In this document: in pieces, positions 30,501 through 40,985 of the stretch
How positions within the stretch are numbered: position 1 is the first letter of the stretch
Layout: each line of letters begins with the position of its first letter
Source of the DNA: Spirochaetia bacterium
GTDB lineage: Bacteria; Spirochaetota; Spirochaetia; SZUA-6; Bin103
Direction: 5' to 3'
Length of the DNA: 64,000 bases
Assembly: GCA_965198005.1 (NCBI GenBank)
Contig: CBDAOI010000002.1
Location: 640,001 to 704,000 of the forward strand
Notes under the pieces: generated by a model
The model's input: the letters and a program-made list of their open reading frames with translations, nothing else
What the model was told of the DNA's origin: nothing
Databases searched by the model: none
Made by a program: the position numbers and the translations under genes

Positions 30501-30708
30501 GGGTGCAGCCGACGACCAGCCGCATATGGCCGGCGTTACCCACCAGACCTTCGATGCCGCGCGCCGCCAGGGCCAGCGCACCTGCACTGAAGTAACCGGT
30601 AAGCCGGTCGTAGCGTACGGCGTCCTGCAGTGCCGGCTCGTAGAACAGGCGAACCAAGTCACCGTCGTCGGGGGTGTATTTAAGCTTCCACGTGCGATCG
30701 GTGAGCAT
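27564..30708 (-). pseudogene. PLD-nuclease/SNF2 helicase of a restriction-like system, broken by about three frame disruptions
   Basis: FHEKAG..GSLNET (PLD), ADEVGLGKT, LDEAHH, LTATP; then VFTQYTDT, TDAAAEGLNFQ..QRIGRIDR and the C-terminal tail each in different frames (breaks ~28590, ~28290, ~27925). Confidence 0.85.
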
Positions 30709-30710
30709 GG

Positions 30711-33700
30711 TCAGCCACGGTCATCCTGCCACAGCTTGAGCTGCTCCGGCTCGTCGATGCGCTCGCGATACGCGAGGCGGTACAGGTTGTAGAGCGCTTC
30801 GAAGTCGTTACCGGCCGCCGCAGCGTCGCCGCTGAGCGCTACACTCGTGAAGTTCTGAGAGAGGGGAAGCACTTCCAGCACCGCCTCGAACGCGGCGAAG
30901 AAGCGCGGATCCTGCTCGACCAGGGATTCACCGAGCATCTCGCGAGCGGCGCCCAGCGAGCGCGCCCGGGCCCAGTTGGCGGCATGATGAAGGGAATCGA
31001 TCATGCCGCGCGAGCCATCCACCGGCCCCAGTGCCCCGGTGGCGGCACGGCGCACGCTGTCCCAGAGCCGGAGGTCGCTGCCCTTCTTTTCACCGAGACG
31101 CCCAACGACGTCGCGGTCCGGGTCGACGCCCACCGCGCGAGCCAGCCGCAGCCCTTCGTCATAGGGGAATACGGGCGCCCGGAAGGCGTCCCACGCCAGC
31201 ACGAAAAACGCGGTGGCGGGATCGAGGTCCGCGTCGGCCTTCAGGTGGGTCAACTGCTCCAATCGCCAGCGCTTCACCTCGCGCCGGGCCACGTCGAGCG
31301 CGTCCTCCGGCGTCACCGCGTAGGGATCCCATGCCTCGTCGTAGGCCGCCCGTTGCGCACGGCGGCGCGGCTTGGGCTTCTCGCGCGGGGTACCGCGCTG
31401 CAGCGGCCAGGCGCGGGAAAACTCCTCCAGCGCCGGCCCGAAGGACGCGAGGTAGAGATCCACCCCGGTGATGCCGGCGCCCTGGAACTCTGCAACACGC
31501 TTGCGCACGGCACCGGCAACGCGCGGCTCGACGTCCTCCCAATACGTCGCGGATGTCTCGCGGATCATCGAGTCGCTTGCGCCCTGCCCGCCTGCCGATC
31601 CGCCGTATGAGCCGCGCGGGCGGCACACCAGGAAGATGGTGCTCTTGGCTGCCGCCTTGTCCTTGATGTGCATACTGCCCTCGGCCTCGGTATTGACAGG
31701 CCAGGACGCCGTGATGGCGAATCCGGCATCCATCAATCCCTTGGTGAGTGCGTCCCAGGCGCCGGTGGCCTTGTGGGTGAACATCAGCGTCATCAGGCCG
31801 TCGGCCTTCAGCGTCCGCCGGCACTCGGCGAAGATGGACGCCATGCGCTCTTGATAGTCGCGTTCCGCGAGCGCCTTGGCTCCTTTCTGGTCGCGGAATC
31901 GCGCCGGGTTGGCTACGGCTTCGTTGTCCTTGTCGGTCAGGTGGCTGCGGAATAGCTCGGGGAACACATGACCGGCCGTACGCTTGAGCCACACATAGAA
32001 GAAATCGGACAGCTCGGCGTACATCACATTGTCGTAGTAGGGCGGATCCATCACCACCAGGTCGATAGTGCCGTCAGCGATATGGTCCAGGCTGTCGCCC
32101 GGCTTGCAAGTAATGGTGAGCGGCGGCCTCGGGCGCGTGTCTGCAGTGGCCTCGGCAAACAGCCCACCGGCATCGTCATTGGCATCGGGGCCGACCAGCG
32201 CGACCAGTTCGCCGATGCACTTGGCCGTCTGCTCCAGCGCCCAGTCGTAGCCCAGGCCCACGATGAGGGGCGCCATCTCGGCGTGTGACCAGCAGAACGC
32301 AAAATCGTGACGGTTGAAGGTGTTGGCAACGACCTGTCGGGTCGGCATCCACACCGACATACGGGAGTTGTAGTTCAGCAGCTTGTCCAGGGATAGCGCC
32401 ACGTATCCGTACGCCGCCCGCCGCACATCGGTGAGCTTGCCAGCCGCTCGATCGGCTTCCAACATCTCGCGAAACACCTCGACGCCGGTGCCGTGGCAGA
32501 GGAGTTGGCGCGGCGAGAACAGGTCTCGCCACAACGGCATCCCGTATTGAATGGGCCGCTGGTCATTGCTGACTTCGGGGAACTTCTCACTCGGCACGAT
32601 GTCGAAGGCTTCCCACTCCGGCAGTTTCTCGGCCAGCCGCGCCCGAATCTCGGCGCTGTTGTCGTCCTCGGGCCGCGGCGCCCGATAGCGACGCACCCAC
32701 TTCTCCCGCGTCTTGCCTGTCTTGGTCGTGGTCAGCACCCGCTCCTTGTAGACCACCGCGAAGAGTTGCTCCCCCATGCGCCCGGCCTGTGCCTGCGCCT
32801 TGATCTCGTCGCCGTCGATCACCCGCCCGCAATCCGCATACGGGCATGTCCCGTCTCCGCGCGCCACCGTGCCCGCCGACTGCTCCTGCGCCGAAGTGAC
32901 TACCTCGAACGAACAGACCCGGCCCTCCGTCCCCGGCCCGGCGGCGAGATGCGGGGTGAGCCGCACCCCGGTCCCATCTGAAGCCAGCCGCCAGTTCGGC
33001 GACAGCGGCGCCAGCCCGTCACAATACGGGCAGCTAACCGTCCGCGCCCACAGGTAGGTCATGTCCAGACGACTTGGAAGCTCCCTCTGGGGGTAGAAGG
33101 TGCAAAGTCGGTCTTCAATACGCCGACGCAGTTCCAATGCCAAGACCGTGAATTCGTCCTCAAGATTTCGGAAGAAGCTTGATGGCCAATCAATGGTAGC
33201 CCTCAGAATGAGAGCGGCCACCGGATTAAGATCGCTCGCCACGCTGTGCAGACCGATGCGCGCCGCTTCGAACGGGATACTTCCCCCACCTGCGGTCGGA
33301 TCGAGAACCGAGACGTTCTCCAGATTCCGGCCAAGCAAGCTGTTCAACCAATCGGAATCATTGTTCGTAGTGCAATAACCAAAAGCACGGTCGTAGCTGT
33401 AAGGATTGTCGATGCGGACTTCGTCTCTTCGCGCTCTATCGATTGCTAAGCGCGCCGCTACCGGATCCCCATGGATGCCGAGCACATGCAGGAACTTCTG
33501 TCGGTCAGCGTTTGCGGGCAACAGCGATGCAAGGATCGCCGCCCGTGAGGCCACCAACGGCCGGCGCGCCCACCACACGTGCAGCCGGTTCGGGGCGGGA
33601 AACGGAGTCATCGGGGTTCTTTCGCGGGTGCTTTCGATGCCAATCTGCGCAATCGGCAGCCAGCGCTCGATCAGGCGGGTGTCATCCATGAGTTCGTTTT

Positions 33701-33713
33701 CTCCTTTCGTCAT
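30711..33713 (-). CDS. DUF1156-family adenine DNA methyltransferase with Zn-ribbon
   Basis: [41 protein letters not shown]. Confidence 0.9.
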   Translation of the reverse strand: MTKGENELMDDTRLIERWLPIAQIGIESTRERTPMTPFPAPNRLHVWWARRPLVASRAAILASLLPANADRQKFLHVLGIHGDPVAARLAIDRARRDEVRIDNPYSYDRAFGYCTTNNDSDWLNSLLGRNLENVSVLDPTAGGGSIPFEAARIGLHSVASDLNPVAALILRATIDWPSSFFRNLEDEFTVLALELRRRIEDRLCTFYPQRELPSRLDMTYLWARTVSCPYCDGLAPLSPNWRLASDGTGVRLTPHLAAGPGTEGRVCSFEVVTSAQEQSAGTVARGDGTCPYADCGRVIDGDEIKAQAQAGRMGEQLFAVVYKERVLTTTKTGKTREKWVRRYRAPRPEDDNSAEIRARLAEKLPEWEAFDIVPSEKFPEVSNDQRPIQYGMPLWRDLFSPRQLLCHGTGVEVFREMLEADRAAGKLTDVRRAAYGYVALSLDKLLNYNSRMSVWMPTRQVVANTFNRHDFAFCWSHAEMAPLIVGLGYDWALEQTAKCIGELVALVGPDANDDAGGLFAEATADTRPRPPLTITCKPGDSLDHIADGTIDLVVMDPPYYDNVMYAELSDFFYVWLKRTAGHVFPELFRSHLTDKDNEAVANPARFRDQKGAKALAERDYQERMASIFAECRRTLKADGLMTLMFTHKATGAWDALTKGLMDAGFAITASWPVNTEAEGSMHIKDKAAAKSTIFLVCRPRGSYGGSAGGQGASDSMIRETSATYWEDVEPRVAGAVRKRVAEFQGAGITGVDLYLASFGPALEEFSRAWPLQRGTPREKPKPRRRAQRAAYDEAWDPYAVTPEDALDVARREVKRWRLEQLTHLKADADLDPATAFFVLAWDAFRAPVFPYDEGLRLARAVGVDPDRDVVGRLGEKKGSDLRLWDSVRRAATGALGPVDGSRGMIDSLHHAANWARARSLGAAREMLGESLVEQDPRFFAAFEAVLEVLPLSQNFTSVALSGDAAAAGNDFEALYNLYRLAYRERIDEPEQLKLWQDDRG

Positions 33714-33752
33714 CGCTTCACGTTCACCACGGCCGGCCGCCGCATGAGCCTG

Positions 33753-34835
33753 CTATGGCGCTGATGGGGCCGCCTGCTCCCGAAGATGGCACGCCGTGCC
33801 GAACAGCTCGACCTGCCATTGCGTACGCGAGGCAATCGGGCGTCGCAGTCGAACAACATCCGGCGCTGGCGTCCGTCGTAGTCTGATCCCGGATTCGCGG
33901 ATCGTGCGCTCCACCGCGCTGTCCCTGCGAGTCGGACGGACCGGATCGTTCTTCGCAGTAATGTAGGCGTTGGGGGTCCTGGCCAGGATTCGCCGCGCGT
34001 CGCGGTCGGTCGGCAGTGTACGGTTACCCCTTCGCCACGGCGCGAGAATAGCGAAGGGATCGTCATCCAGCATGCGTTGCCATACCTCCGGCGCGTCGCC
34101 GCTCTCCGAGCCGTGGTGGGACACCTTGAACGCGGATGCTGTTCCGGTCGGACGCGCATCGTTCTGAAGTATCTTCACCCAACCACGCCGTTCGAGGTCG
34201 GAGCCGAGCAACACTACAGTGTCCCCGACCTCAACCCATAGCACGACGGCGACTTCATTGGGTGAGAGACTGCGAATCCTCGTCTCGGCCTGGCCCGCAT
34301 TCGGCAACAAGCCCCCTAAGGCTCGCATGAAATGCACGAATGCGTCGTCGGTCGGTGAGAGCGAGTAGATATGGCATGAACCATTGGCGAAGACCCGGCG
34401 GTTGGCGATAGCAAATGCTGGCGCTGAATCCTCTAATCGGAGTCTGGAGAACACGTCATAGATCTCCCGGACCCCGGAACCGAATGCGGCAAAGTGGCGG
34501 TGTTCCAGGGCATGGACCGCGGCAAGGAACTCCTCGGCACAGAGGACGCTGGCGCAGCAGAAGGTCGCCGTGCTACATGCTCTCGCCATGTGTGCGATAC
34601 CGCAAATGTGATCATCATGCCAATGCGATGCCACGATAAGTTTCACCGCCTTGGCAGGATCGATACCAAGAGTCTCCAGGTAATCCAAGGCAGCCGGGGC
34701 GTCAGCGCGGCCGCATGAGTCGACCAGCACCCAGGCGCCCTCGCCAATGTGCATGACTATGCTCTCGCCGTACCCCGGACCAAGAAGGGTCAGTTCAAAT
34801 TCGTCGTCCCGTGGGGGGGTGCCCCCGTCCCTCAC
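33753..34835 (-). CDS. MBL-fold metallo-hydrolase (ComEC/Rec2-like)
   Basis: GPGYGESI, VDSC, SHWHDDH, LGSD, KVSHHGS; GTG start overlaps the upstream stop. Confidence 0.85.
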   Translation of the reverse strand: MRDGGTPPRDDEFELTLLGPGYGESIVMHIGEGAWVLVDSCGRADAPAALDYLETLGIDPAKAVKLIVASHWHDDHICGIAHMARACSTATFCCASVLCAEEFLAAVHALEHRHFAAFGSGVREIYDVFSRLRLEDSAPAFAIANRRVFANGSCHIYSLSPTDDAFVHFMRALGGLLPNAGQAETRIRSLSPNEVAVVLWVEVGDTVVLLGSDLERRGWVKILQNDARPTGTASAFKVSHHGSESGDAPEVWQRMLDDDPFAILAPWRRGNRTLPTDRDARRILARTPNAYITAKNDPVRPTRRDSAVERTIRESGIRLRRTPAPDVVRLRRPIASRTQWQVELFGTACHLREQAAPSAP

Positions 34836-35449
34836 AGTTTGAATGCCCGTCTGGTCTCGCGTGCCCACTCCCTGCCTTGCTGCAGGTCGCGTTCGGTAAT
34901 CCGGGGAAGATCGCGAAACACGATCTGGGAAACACGTTTCTTGGTGCCGGAACGAGAGCGCTCGTAGCCGATGACCCAACGGAAGATACCACCTACCCGC
35001 AACGCGGCCGCATCGTCATCGGCGATCTCAGTCAAGGGAATAATCGCTTCTTCCCCTTCGTCCGACGAGCCCGCCGTCAGGTCAACCAATGCCGCAACGA
35101 ATTCGTCTTCATTGATCTCAAGAACATGCCCTTCCCACTCCTGCAGAGCGTGAAATGTGGCCGCACTAACAAGGGGCGAGAGTTTCGGAGGTGCATTCAC
35201 GACCGGAATCGCACTTACCCCGGATTGCCCGCGATGAGGAGAACCCGCAAGCACTTCCCTTCCTGTTCCCGCGGCGACGACACCACCGCCTTCGTCGGCG
35301 CCGTTCGCCGACGCTGGAGTCAATGCCATGCGTACCGCCTCATCCACGCGGATGAACGGCGCTTCAACGGCGTGCGTGCCGGAACTGTCGTCCCTTGCGA
35401 AACTATGGAAACCGTACGTCCCCGTAGCCTGGCTGGTTTCTCCTATCAA
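34832..35449 (-). CDS. Hypothetical protein with beta-rich C-terminal domain
   Basis: LQEWEGHV..FVAALVDLT..FRWVIGYE..SQIVFRDLP; tightly coupled to both neighbours. Confidence 0.65.
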   Translation of the reverse strand: MIGETSQATGTYGFHSFARDDSSGTHAVEAPFIRVDEAVRMALTPASANGADEGGGVVAAGTGREVLAGSPHRGQSGVSAIPVVNAPPKLSPLVSAATFHALQEWEGHVLEINEDEFVAALVDLTAGSSDEGEEAIIPLTEIADDDAAALRVGGIFRWVIGYERSRSGTKKRVSQIVFRDLPRITERDLQQGREWARETRRAFKL

Positions 35450-35451
35450 TC

Positions 35452-36147
35452 CTAACTCTCTTTCGCTAAAGACAATATGTGATGTACTATGCCGTCGCTG
35501 CGCCTGATGGAAGCCTCGAAACTGTCCTCCAGGAACCGCATCAATTGCTCGCCGCCGCCGTCTTCGGCATCCCGAACTGCAAACTGATCATTTACCTGGA
35601 CGTAGACACCGAACCGGCCGCCGCCGATCCGGCTGGACGGCGCGACAGTTATATTGATCTCGCTGCCCGGTGGCCTTCCCTTCGGCTTTAGCTGCGACAT
35701 CTTGAGCGTCATCATCCCACCAGAGTCACCGTCCAATTCGAGATCCTCAATATAACGCCCCCACGGCCCCACCGGCGCCAACGCTCTGCCGATCCGATCA
35801 AACTGAGCGAAGTTGGCCACTGGGACGTGAACGTCGCGATTGATGCCCATCAGCCGGAGCGGCGTGTGGTAGAGATGTTCCTTGAACACGCGCAAGACAA
35901 GGTCGCGCACGCGGATGTGCGGCGCCTGAACGGTCTCCGCTACGAATTCATTGGTCGTCGCCCGGAGAGAGAGCCAGTCAAAAGAAAACTGGGTCACCTG
36001 CGGATGGGCGACCTGCAAGGTTGCCGTGTCGGCGGCGCTGTTCGGCAGCAGTTCGTGCAGGACGAACCAAGCCGGTGTGAAGATCGCCGGATTAAAGCTG
36101 CCGCGGAGCACGACAGACACGCCATCTATCTCTGGCTGAATCCTCAC
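35452..36147 (-). CDS. Hypothetical protein (TIGR04255-like)
   Basis: SVVLRGSFNPAIFTPAWF, HTPLRLMGIN; GTG start 1 bp after the upstream stop. Confidence 0.65.
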   Translation of the reverse strand: MRIQPEIDGVSVVLRGSFNPAIFTPAWFVLHELLPNSAADTATLQVAHPQVTQFSFDWLSLRATTNEFVAETVQAPHIRVRDLVLRVFKEHLYHTPLRLMGINRDVHVPVANFAQFDRIGRALAPVGPWGRYIEDLELDGDSGGMMTLKMSQLKPKGRPPGSEINITVAPSSRIGGGRFGVYVQVNDQFAVRDAEDGGGEQLMRFLEDSFEASIRRSDGIVHHILSLAKES

Positions 36148-36148
36148 G

Positions 36149-36697
36149 CTATGCCCCTTTTTTTGTGGGCTCGGCTGCGCTTGCCGCGCGGGGCCGCGCG
36201 CGGAGTGACGAACTACTAGCCGCGCCATCGGTCAGCAGGATGCGCAGCGCCATCAGCACGCGACGCGGATGCCTGCGGTGTATTGCCATTCCTGCCCAGT
36301 AGGCTGCTTCCTCGTGTCGCATGGTCTCGATGCCCTCGACTACGGCACGCATGTTGGCGCGGTTTCTCATCGGCGCAAGGGCGCGGAACAGGAGGCCCAG
36401 GAGCAGCGCGACCTCTTCGGGCAACGGGTATCCGCTGTTGTCGTCGCCGGCATTCGGACCGAGCCTTACCCCTGACTGTGCCAGCAGGCGCAGCACACGG
36501 TGCTCGATCAGGTCCAGATTGGGACCGCGTAGCCGCGCGATGCCCCGCGCGACGGTCAGGTGCGGCGTCGCCGACGACGGTATCTGCCAGATCGCGTATT
36601 CCGTGTCCACCGGCCCGTAACGACGTACCCGCAGCTCATACTGGGGGGCCGACTCCAGTGCTCTAGCCGATGCGATGGGCACCGCATCCGCCATCAC
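36149..36697 (-). CDS. Small accessory protein of the DUF499/DUF1156 system (in the DUF3780 position)
   Basis: L.EE.AL.LGLLFR.LAP....EEA.YW...ALR.LL; coupled to the DUF499 stop. Confidence 0.65.
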   Translation of the reverse strand: MMADAVPIASARALESAPQYELRVRRYGPVDTEYAIWQIPSSATPHLTVARGIARLRGPNLDLIEHRVLRLLAQSGVRLGPNAGDDNSGYPLPEEVALLLGLLFRALAPMRNRANMRAVVEGIETMRHEEAAYWAGMAIHRRHPRRVLMALRILLTDGAASSSSLRARPRAASAAEPTKKGA

Positions 36698-39600
36698 GCG
36701 AGTGGCTCCGCGGTGGCCGATACGTACGCTGCCCCGCTCGCGAACCGCGACAGGCGGTCGGTAAGCTTCTCCGCGGCATCACCCGTCATCGGCAGCCCGT
36801 GTTCGAACGTTAGCGCGAACCCGACTTCCAGGTCTTGCGTCTGAGCGGCACGAAGTTGCGGTTCCAGAAACTCCTTTACCGGCTGCGCATCCGCTGCTGG
36901 TCCGTTGAACTCCAACGAGAACGAACCCCCGTCGCGGGTTTCGTAGCCCCCGGTGAAGCGGACCACCTTGCTCGCCCCGGACACCCCGCCGATCGCGCCG
37001 AGCAGCCGGAACGCATCGCCTGCCTCAAACATGCGGATCGACAGCAGCCGTACCTTCTCCATACGCTCGGCGCGCGCCTTCTCCCAGAGTTGCACCAACG
37101 CGTCCCGGAGCACCCCCTCGGCAGTAACCGCCGCCGGAACCCGAGGCGGCGATTCTCCTTCCGTAGCCTGGCCAGACGGTCCGGGATCACGCAAGCGCGA
37201 ATCCTCGCGCCCGCCCTTCTTGGTTTCCCCCCCGTAGTCGTCAGGTCTCGCGTCGGGTTCGGGACGCGGCCAGATGCCCCGATTCCGGGCGTACTCCATG
37301 GTCAGCACGACTGCCTGCTCGTCGATCATGATGCTGACCACCGGGTCGCCGGGACCGCACAGCAGCTCACCGCGCCGGTAGATGTAGTCGCCCTGCTCGA
37401 CGCCGCTCCGGATGCCCCGGATGAAAATGTCGTCGCCGCTCATGATCGGCAGCGCGGGGTCGCGGCGGAACTCCTCGCGTAGCGCCAGGGTTGTCATCTG
37501 GCCGCGTCTGAGCGGCGTGCGGTCACGTACGTAGGTCGGCGAATCGGGCTCATCTTCGGCAAGCCTCAGCTTGCGGAGTTCACGCAGTGCCCTTACCACC
37601 TGCTGCTGGCCGGCGCCGGGCTGATCGGAGGTGGCGGGCAGATCGATTGCCGAGTGATCCAGGTCCGCGCCGCTTGCGCCGATTCGATTGCGTGAGGGAT
37701 AGAAGATGTGCCGGTAACACTGCTGTATGGCGATCGCCAGCGTATGCTCGGAGCCAGCCTCCAACTCGCGGATCTTCTCCTGCTGATGCTCGGCCAAGTC
37801 CGCCAATCGATCCGCCCGCTTCAACGCCAACAGGGCCAACCGCCGGACCGCGGCGCGCCGCATCTCCTCTTTGCGTACGTCGTCCGCCACCACGAACACC
37901 AAGTTGTTGCGCAGCGCCCGGAGCTGTGCACCGTCCGCTCCGCGCCGCGTATGGATGCGCTCGACCAGCTCGGGAAGGCTGTCGACGGATGTCCCGATCG
38001 CCACGCCGTCATAGGAAAGCACGATCAGCCGCGGCCGCCCGTCGCCGACCTCGTCGGGCACGTCGAACGGCCCGCCCGGAAACGAAATGGTCTCGAAGGT
38101 CTTGCCCGCGAATATCCGCCGGATACGGTTGTTGAGCTCGGCACGCGCGTCGCCGGCGTCGACATGCTGCTCTTCACGGCGAATGATCTGGCGCAGATTT
38201 GCCTCGGCCAGGAACCGCATCGGGGCGCGCGGGCGGTCGTCGAGATAGGCGGAATCAGTAACGAACCGCTTGCGCGCCTGGTCGATGAAACTGATGTCGG
38301 TTGCCGGCCCGAGCACCGAATAGCGCAGACGTTCGGCTGACACACCCTTCAACGGATCGTTGAAGGCAAGCGTGTGCATGAAGATCGTGCGCGCCACGTA
38401 GGCGGCATAAGGCGGCATTCCGCCGTGGTGGGCCGCGTCGATCTCCTGTGCGAGCGCCCTCGCGCCCGACCCGCCGCCGGCCACGTCGTTAGCGATCGCC
38501 GGCAGGTACGCCGTCTGGCCCAAGCGTGTAACGATCTCCTGCCTAATCGGTTCATGGCCGGGATTGACGTGGTGGAGATGGATGGCGGTCGCGTCCGCCG
38601 GCTGCGCCTGCCATAGGTGGGCGATGGTGCGCGCCAACAGACGCAACATCCCCCGCACACGCTGGAAGTTGCCCAACGTTGCCGTCTTGCCGGTGAGGGT
38701 TTCCAGTACCTCGGGATGCAGCGGATAGCTCGCGCGGAAGGTCTCGGCGGTGTGCGGGTGAACGGCGTCGCGAACCAGTGCGTCGCCGTGTGCTGTCCAC
38801 AGTTCCTGGTAGGCGGCTACCACCGCAGGTACCGCGGTGCTGTCGACCCGCTCGAAGAGGCGGCGGCGCAGAACCTGGATGGTCTCGTCCTCCTCGGTCG
38901 GGTTGAGGAGCGTAGCCTTGCGCGCGGACACGCTCTCCGCTTCCGCCATCCGGTCCCCGATGAACTGATTCTCCTCGCTGTACGCATCAGTGGCCCGGCC
39001 ATCCTTGCCGATCGCCAGCGTGTACACCAGCGCCGCCGTGGGCTCACTCTCCACCGCCTTGAACAGCGAGGTCAGAAACGCCGACAACTGGTCACGGGCG
39101 TGGTCAACGCGCTGCACCTTGCGCAGGTAGACCGACAACTCATCGAGCAGAATCAGGGCCGGCCGGCCACCGAAAAGCTCCCGTAGCGTTTCGGCGCCGG
39201 GGGCGATACCGTCCTCATCGCTGTTGCGAACCCGTTCGTAGCCGGCCTTGCCGGCAAGTGCATAGGCGATTTCGCCCCAGGGCGTGCGGGCCAGGACGCC
39301 GTCGCCCATCGCGCGGCCATTGGCGGGATCCGCGTTCTCCCCGTCGAACGCGGCCACCCGTACCGAACCCGCCGGCAGCAGACTGGGATCGACGAACTCG
39401 CCGATGGAGCCCACGTCCCGAGCACCGCGCACGGTGTGGACCAAGGCGATCAGAGCGTGGGTCTTTCCGCCCCCGTAGGAGGTGTCGAGCCGGAAGATCG
39501 CCGCTGCCTCGCCGCCAACGCCGCTCAGCCGCCGGCATACGTTGGCGAGCAGGTTCTTCAGCCCGCGCGTAGGCCATGTCCGGGCGAAGAAGCGGGCTGG

Positions 39601-39732
39601 TTCGGCGTACTCCTCGCTTGCGTGTCCGCGAATGACCTGCGCCAAGTCCGCCGCGAAGTCCGCGTCCGCGACACTCCCGGAGAGGATGTCGGCCCGAGGG
39701 CGGCAGGTTTCGAATATCGTTGGGATTGTCAT
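36694..39732 (-). CDS. DUF499-family AAA+ ATPase (BrxC-related)
   Basis: FAADL, LDTSYGGGKTH, TPWGEIA, LILLDEL, LRRRLF, YPLHP, FQRVRG.LRLLA. Confidence 0.9.
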   Translation of the reverse strand: MTIPTIFETCRPRADILSGSVADADFAADLAQVIRGHASEEYAEPARFFARTWPTRGLKNLLANVCRRLSGVGGEAAAIFRLDTSYGGGKTHALIALVHTVRGARDVGSIGEFVDPSLLPAGSVRVAAFDGENADPANGRAMGDGVLARTPWGEIAYALAGKAGYERVRNSDEDGIAPGAETLRELFGGRPALILLDELSVYLRKVQRVDHARDQLSAFLTSLFKAVESEPTAALVYTLAIGKDGRATDAYSEENQFIGDRMAEAESVSARKATLLNPTEEDETIQVLRRRLFERVDSTAVPAVVAAYQELWTAHGDALVRDAVHPHTAETFRASYPLHPEVLETLTGKTATLGNFQRVRGMLRLLARTIAHLWQAQPADATAIHLHHVNPGHEPIRQEIVTRLGQTAYLPAIANDVAGGGSGARALAQEIDAAHHGGMPPYAAYVARTIFMHTLAFNDPLKGVSAERLRYSVLGPATDISFIDQARKRFVTDSAYLDDRPRAPMRFLAEANLRQIIRREEQHVDAGDARAELNNRIRRIFAGKTFETISFPGGPFDVPDEVGDGRPRLIVLSYDGVAIGTSVDSLPELVERIHTRRGADGAQLRALRNNLVFVVADDVRKEEMRRAAVRRLALLALKRADRLADLAEHQQEKIRELEAGSEHTLAIAIQQCYRHIFYPSRNRIGASGADLDHSAIDLPATSDQPGAGQQQVVRALRELRKLRLAEDEPDSPTYVRDRTPLRRGQMTTLALREEFRRDPALPIMSGDDIFIRGIRSGVEQGDYIYRRGELLCGPGDPVVSIMIDEQAVVLTMEYARNRGIWPRPEPDARPDDYGGETKKGGREDSRLRDPGPSGQATEGESPPRVPAAVTAEGVLRDALVQLWEKARAERMEKVRLLSIRMFEAGDAFRLLGAIGGVSGASKVVRFTGGYETRDGGSFSLEFNGPAADAQPVKEFLEPQLRAAQTQDLEVGFALTFEHGLPMTGDAAEKLTDRLSRFASGAAYVSATAEPLA

Positions 39733-39759
39733 ATATGCCTGTCGTCGGGTACCTGGGAG

Positions 39760-40455
39760 TGAGGTGGTCCCGGTTGGTTGGACAGCCCGGGGGGTAGGTT
39801 AAGGTGTATTCCGTTGGTTTTCAACCCACCCCTCCTTCTCAAGAACAGGTGGCGGTAACAGGGGGTGGGGGTCCGGGGGAGGGGGGGCTTGATCCTGTGG
39901 ACATTGTGGATAACTCCCCGCACCGGATCGCACACCCGCTCGCCCTCTGACCTCGGAACCCGCAATTGCCACCTGCTCCCCATGTCCGTTACGCCACCTC
40001 CCGTCCCGGCGCCGCGACGCCCCGGTAGGCCTCGGACGGCGTCCGGCCACCGAGTGCCGAGTGCGGTCGCACGTCGTTGTAGAACTCGATCCACTCGTCG
40101 ATCACCCGCTGCGCCACGAAGCCGTCCGCCAACTCGTGCAGGTACACCGCTTCGTACTTCAGGGACCGCCACAGCCGCTCGATGAACACATTGTCCAGGC
40201 AACGCCCGCGACCGTCCATCGAACAGCGCACGCCCGCCGCCTCCAGCAGCTCCGTGAACGCGATGCTGGTGAACTGGCTCCCCTGATCGGTGTTGAAGAT
40301 CTCCGGGTTGCCGTACATCTCCAGCGCTTCCTCCAGTGCTTCGACGCAGAACCGGGTGTCCAACGTGTTGGACAGCCGCCACGCCAGCACCCGCCGGCTG
40401 GCCCAGTCCATGATCGCCACCAAGTACAGGAACCCGCCCTGCACCGGGATGTACC
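39760..40455 (-). mobile_element. IS3-family remnant (right end plus truncated transposase core)
   Basis: Terminal TGAGGTGGTCCCGGTTGGTTGGACAG starting at 39760; DDE core YLVAIMDWASR..NTDQGSQF..DNVFIERLWRSLKYE (39989-40455); 5' part absent. Confidence 0.85.
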
Positions 40456-40459
40456 TCCC

Positions 40460-40720
40460 GAATGTGTGGATTCCGGCGCCCGCGGCCAAAGGACCGAGGC
40501 GCCGTCAGGGACGGGGGCCGTCGACGGCTCGCAGCAGCTCACCGCCGAACGCGGGGACGGCGAGCCGCACGCCGCGTTCCTGGTACTACTGCCCCGCAAG
40601 CTGGGCACAGACCTTATCTATCTCAAGAGCGAGGACCACTACGTCGAAGTCCATACCAGCGTCGGCTCCACCCTCATCAAGATGCGCTTCGCGGACGCGG
40701 TCGCGGAGCTCGGCGAATAG
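40460..40720 (+). pseudogene. LytTR DNA-binding domain fragment
   Basis: LIYLKSEDHYVEVHT...LIKMRFADAVAEL, then a stop; the usual RxHRS segment and a start codon are absent. Confidence 0.7.
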
Positions 40721-40819
40721 AGGTGCCTGACACCACGGTCTGACGAGCGCATTCCGCACCGCGGGGGTGGGTGTCGGCGCAGGCTGTGTAGAGCATGGAG
40801 GCCGACACGACGTGCTCAT

Positions 40820-40985
40820 CAGTCGTACACATCGCCACATCGCTACGGTGGCCGACCGTCCACCACGATGATGAGTTCGTAGTCGCGAATCTCGTAGACG
40901 ATCCGGTAGACGCCCAGCCGCATCCGATAGAGATAGCGGCTGGTCACCTTCGTGCTCCCGGGCGGCCGCGGATTCTCTGCGGCTG
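40820..40985 (-). pseudogene. RelE/ParE-type toxin C-terminal fragment
   Basis: Minus strand reads ENPRPPGSTKV..YRMRLGVYRIVYEIRD.ELIIVV, then VGHR.DV in a shifted frame. Confidence 0.7.

Noticed and set aside
27564-30708. Programmed frameshifting or phase variation in SNF2
   Set aside because: Several breaks with no evident slippery or homopolymer tract, one resembling a deletion; decay is more likely, and intact housekeeping genes argue against general sequencing noise
27564-39732. BREX or DISARM call
   Set aside because: No PglZ, BrxL, DrmA or DrmB recognisable; the gene set fits the DUF499/DUF1156/SNF2 restriction-like system
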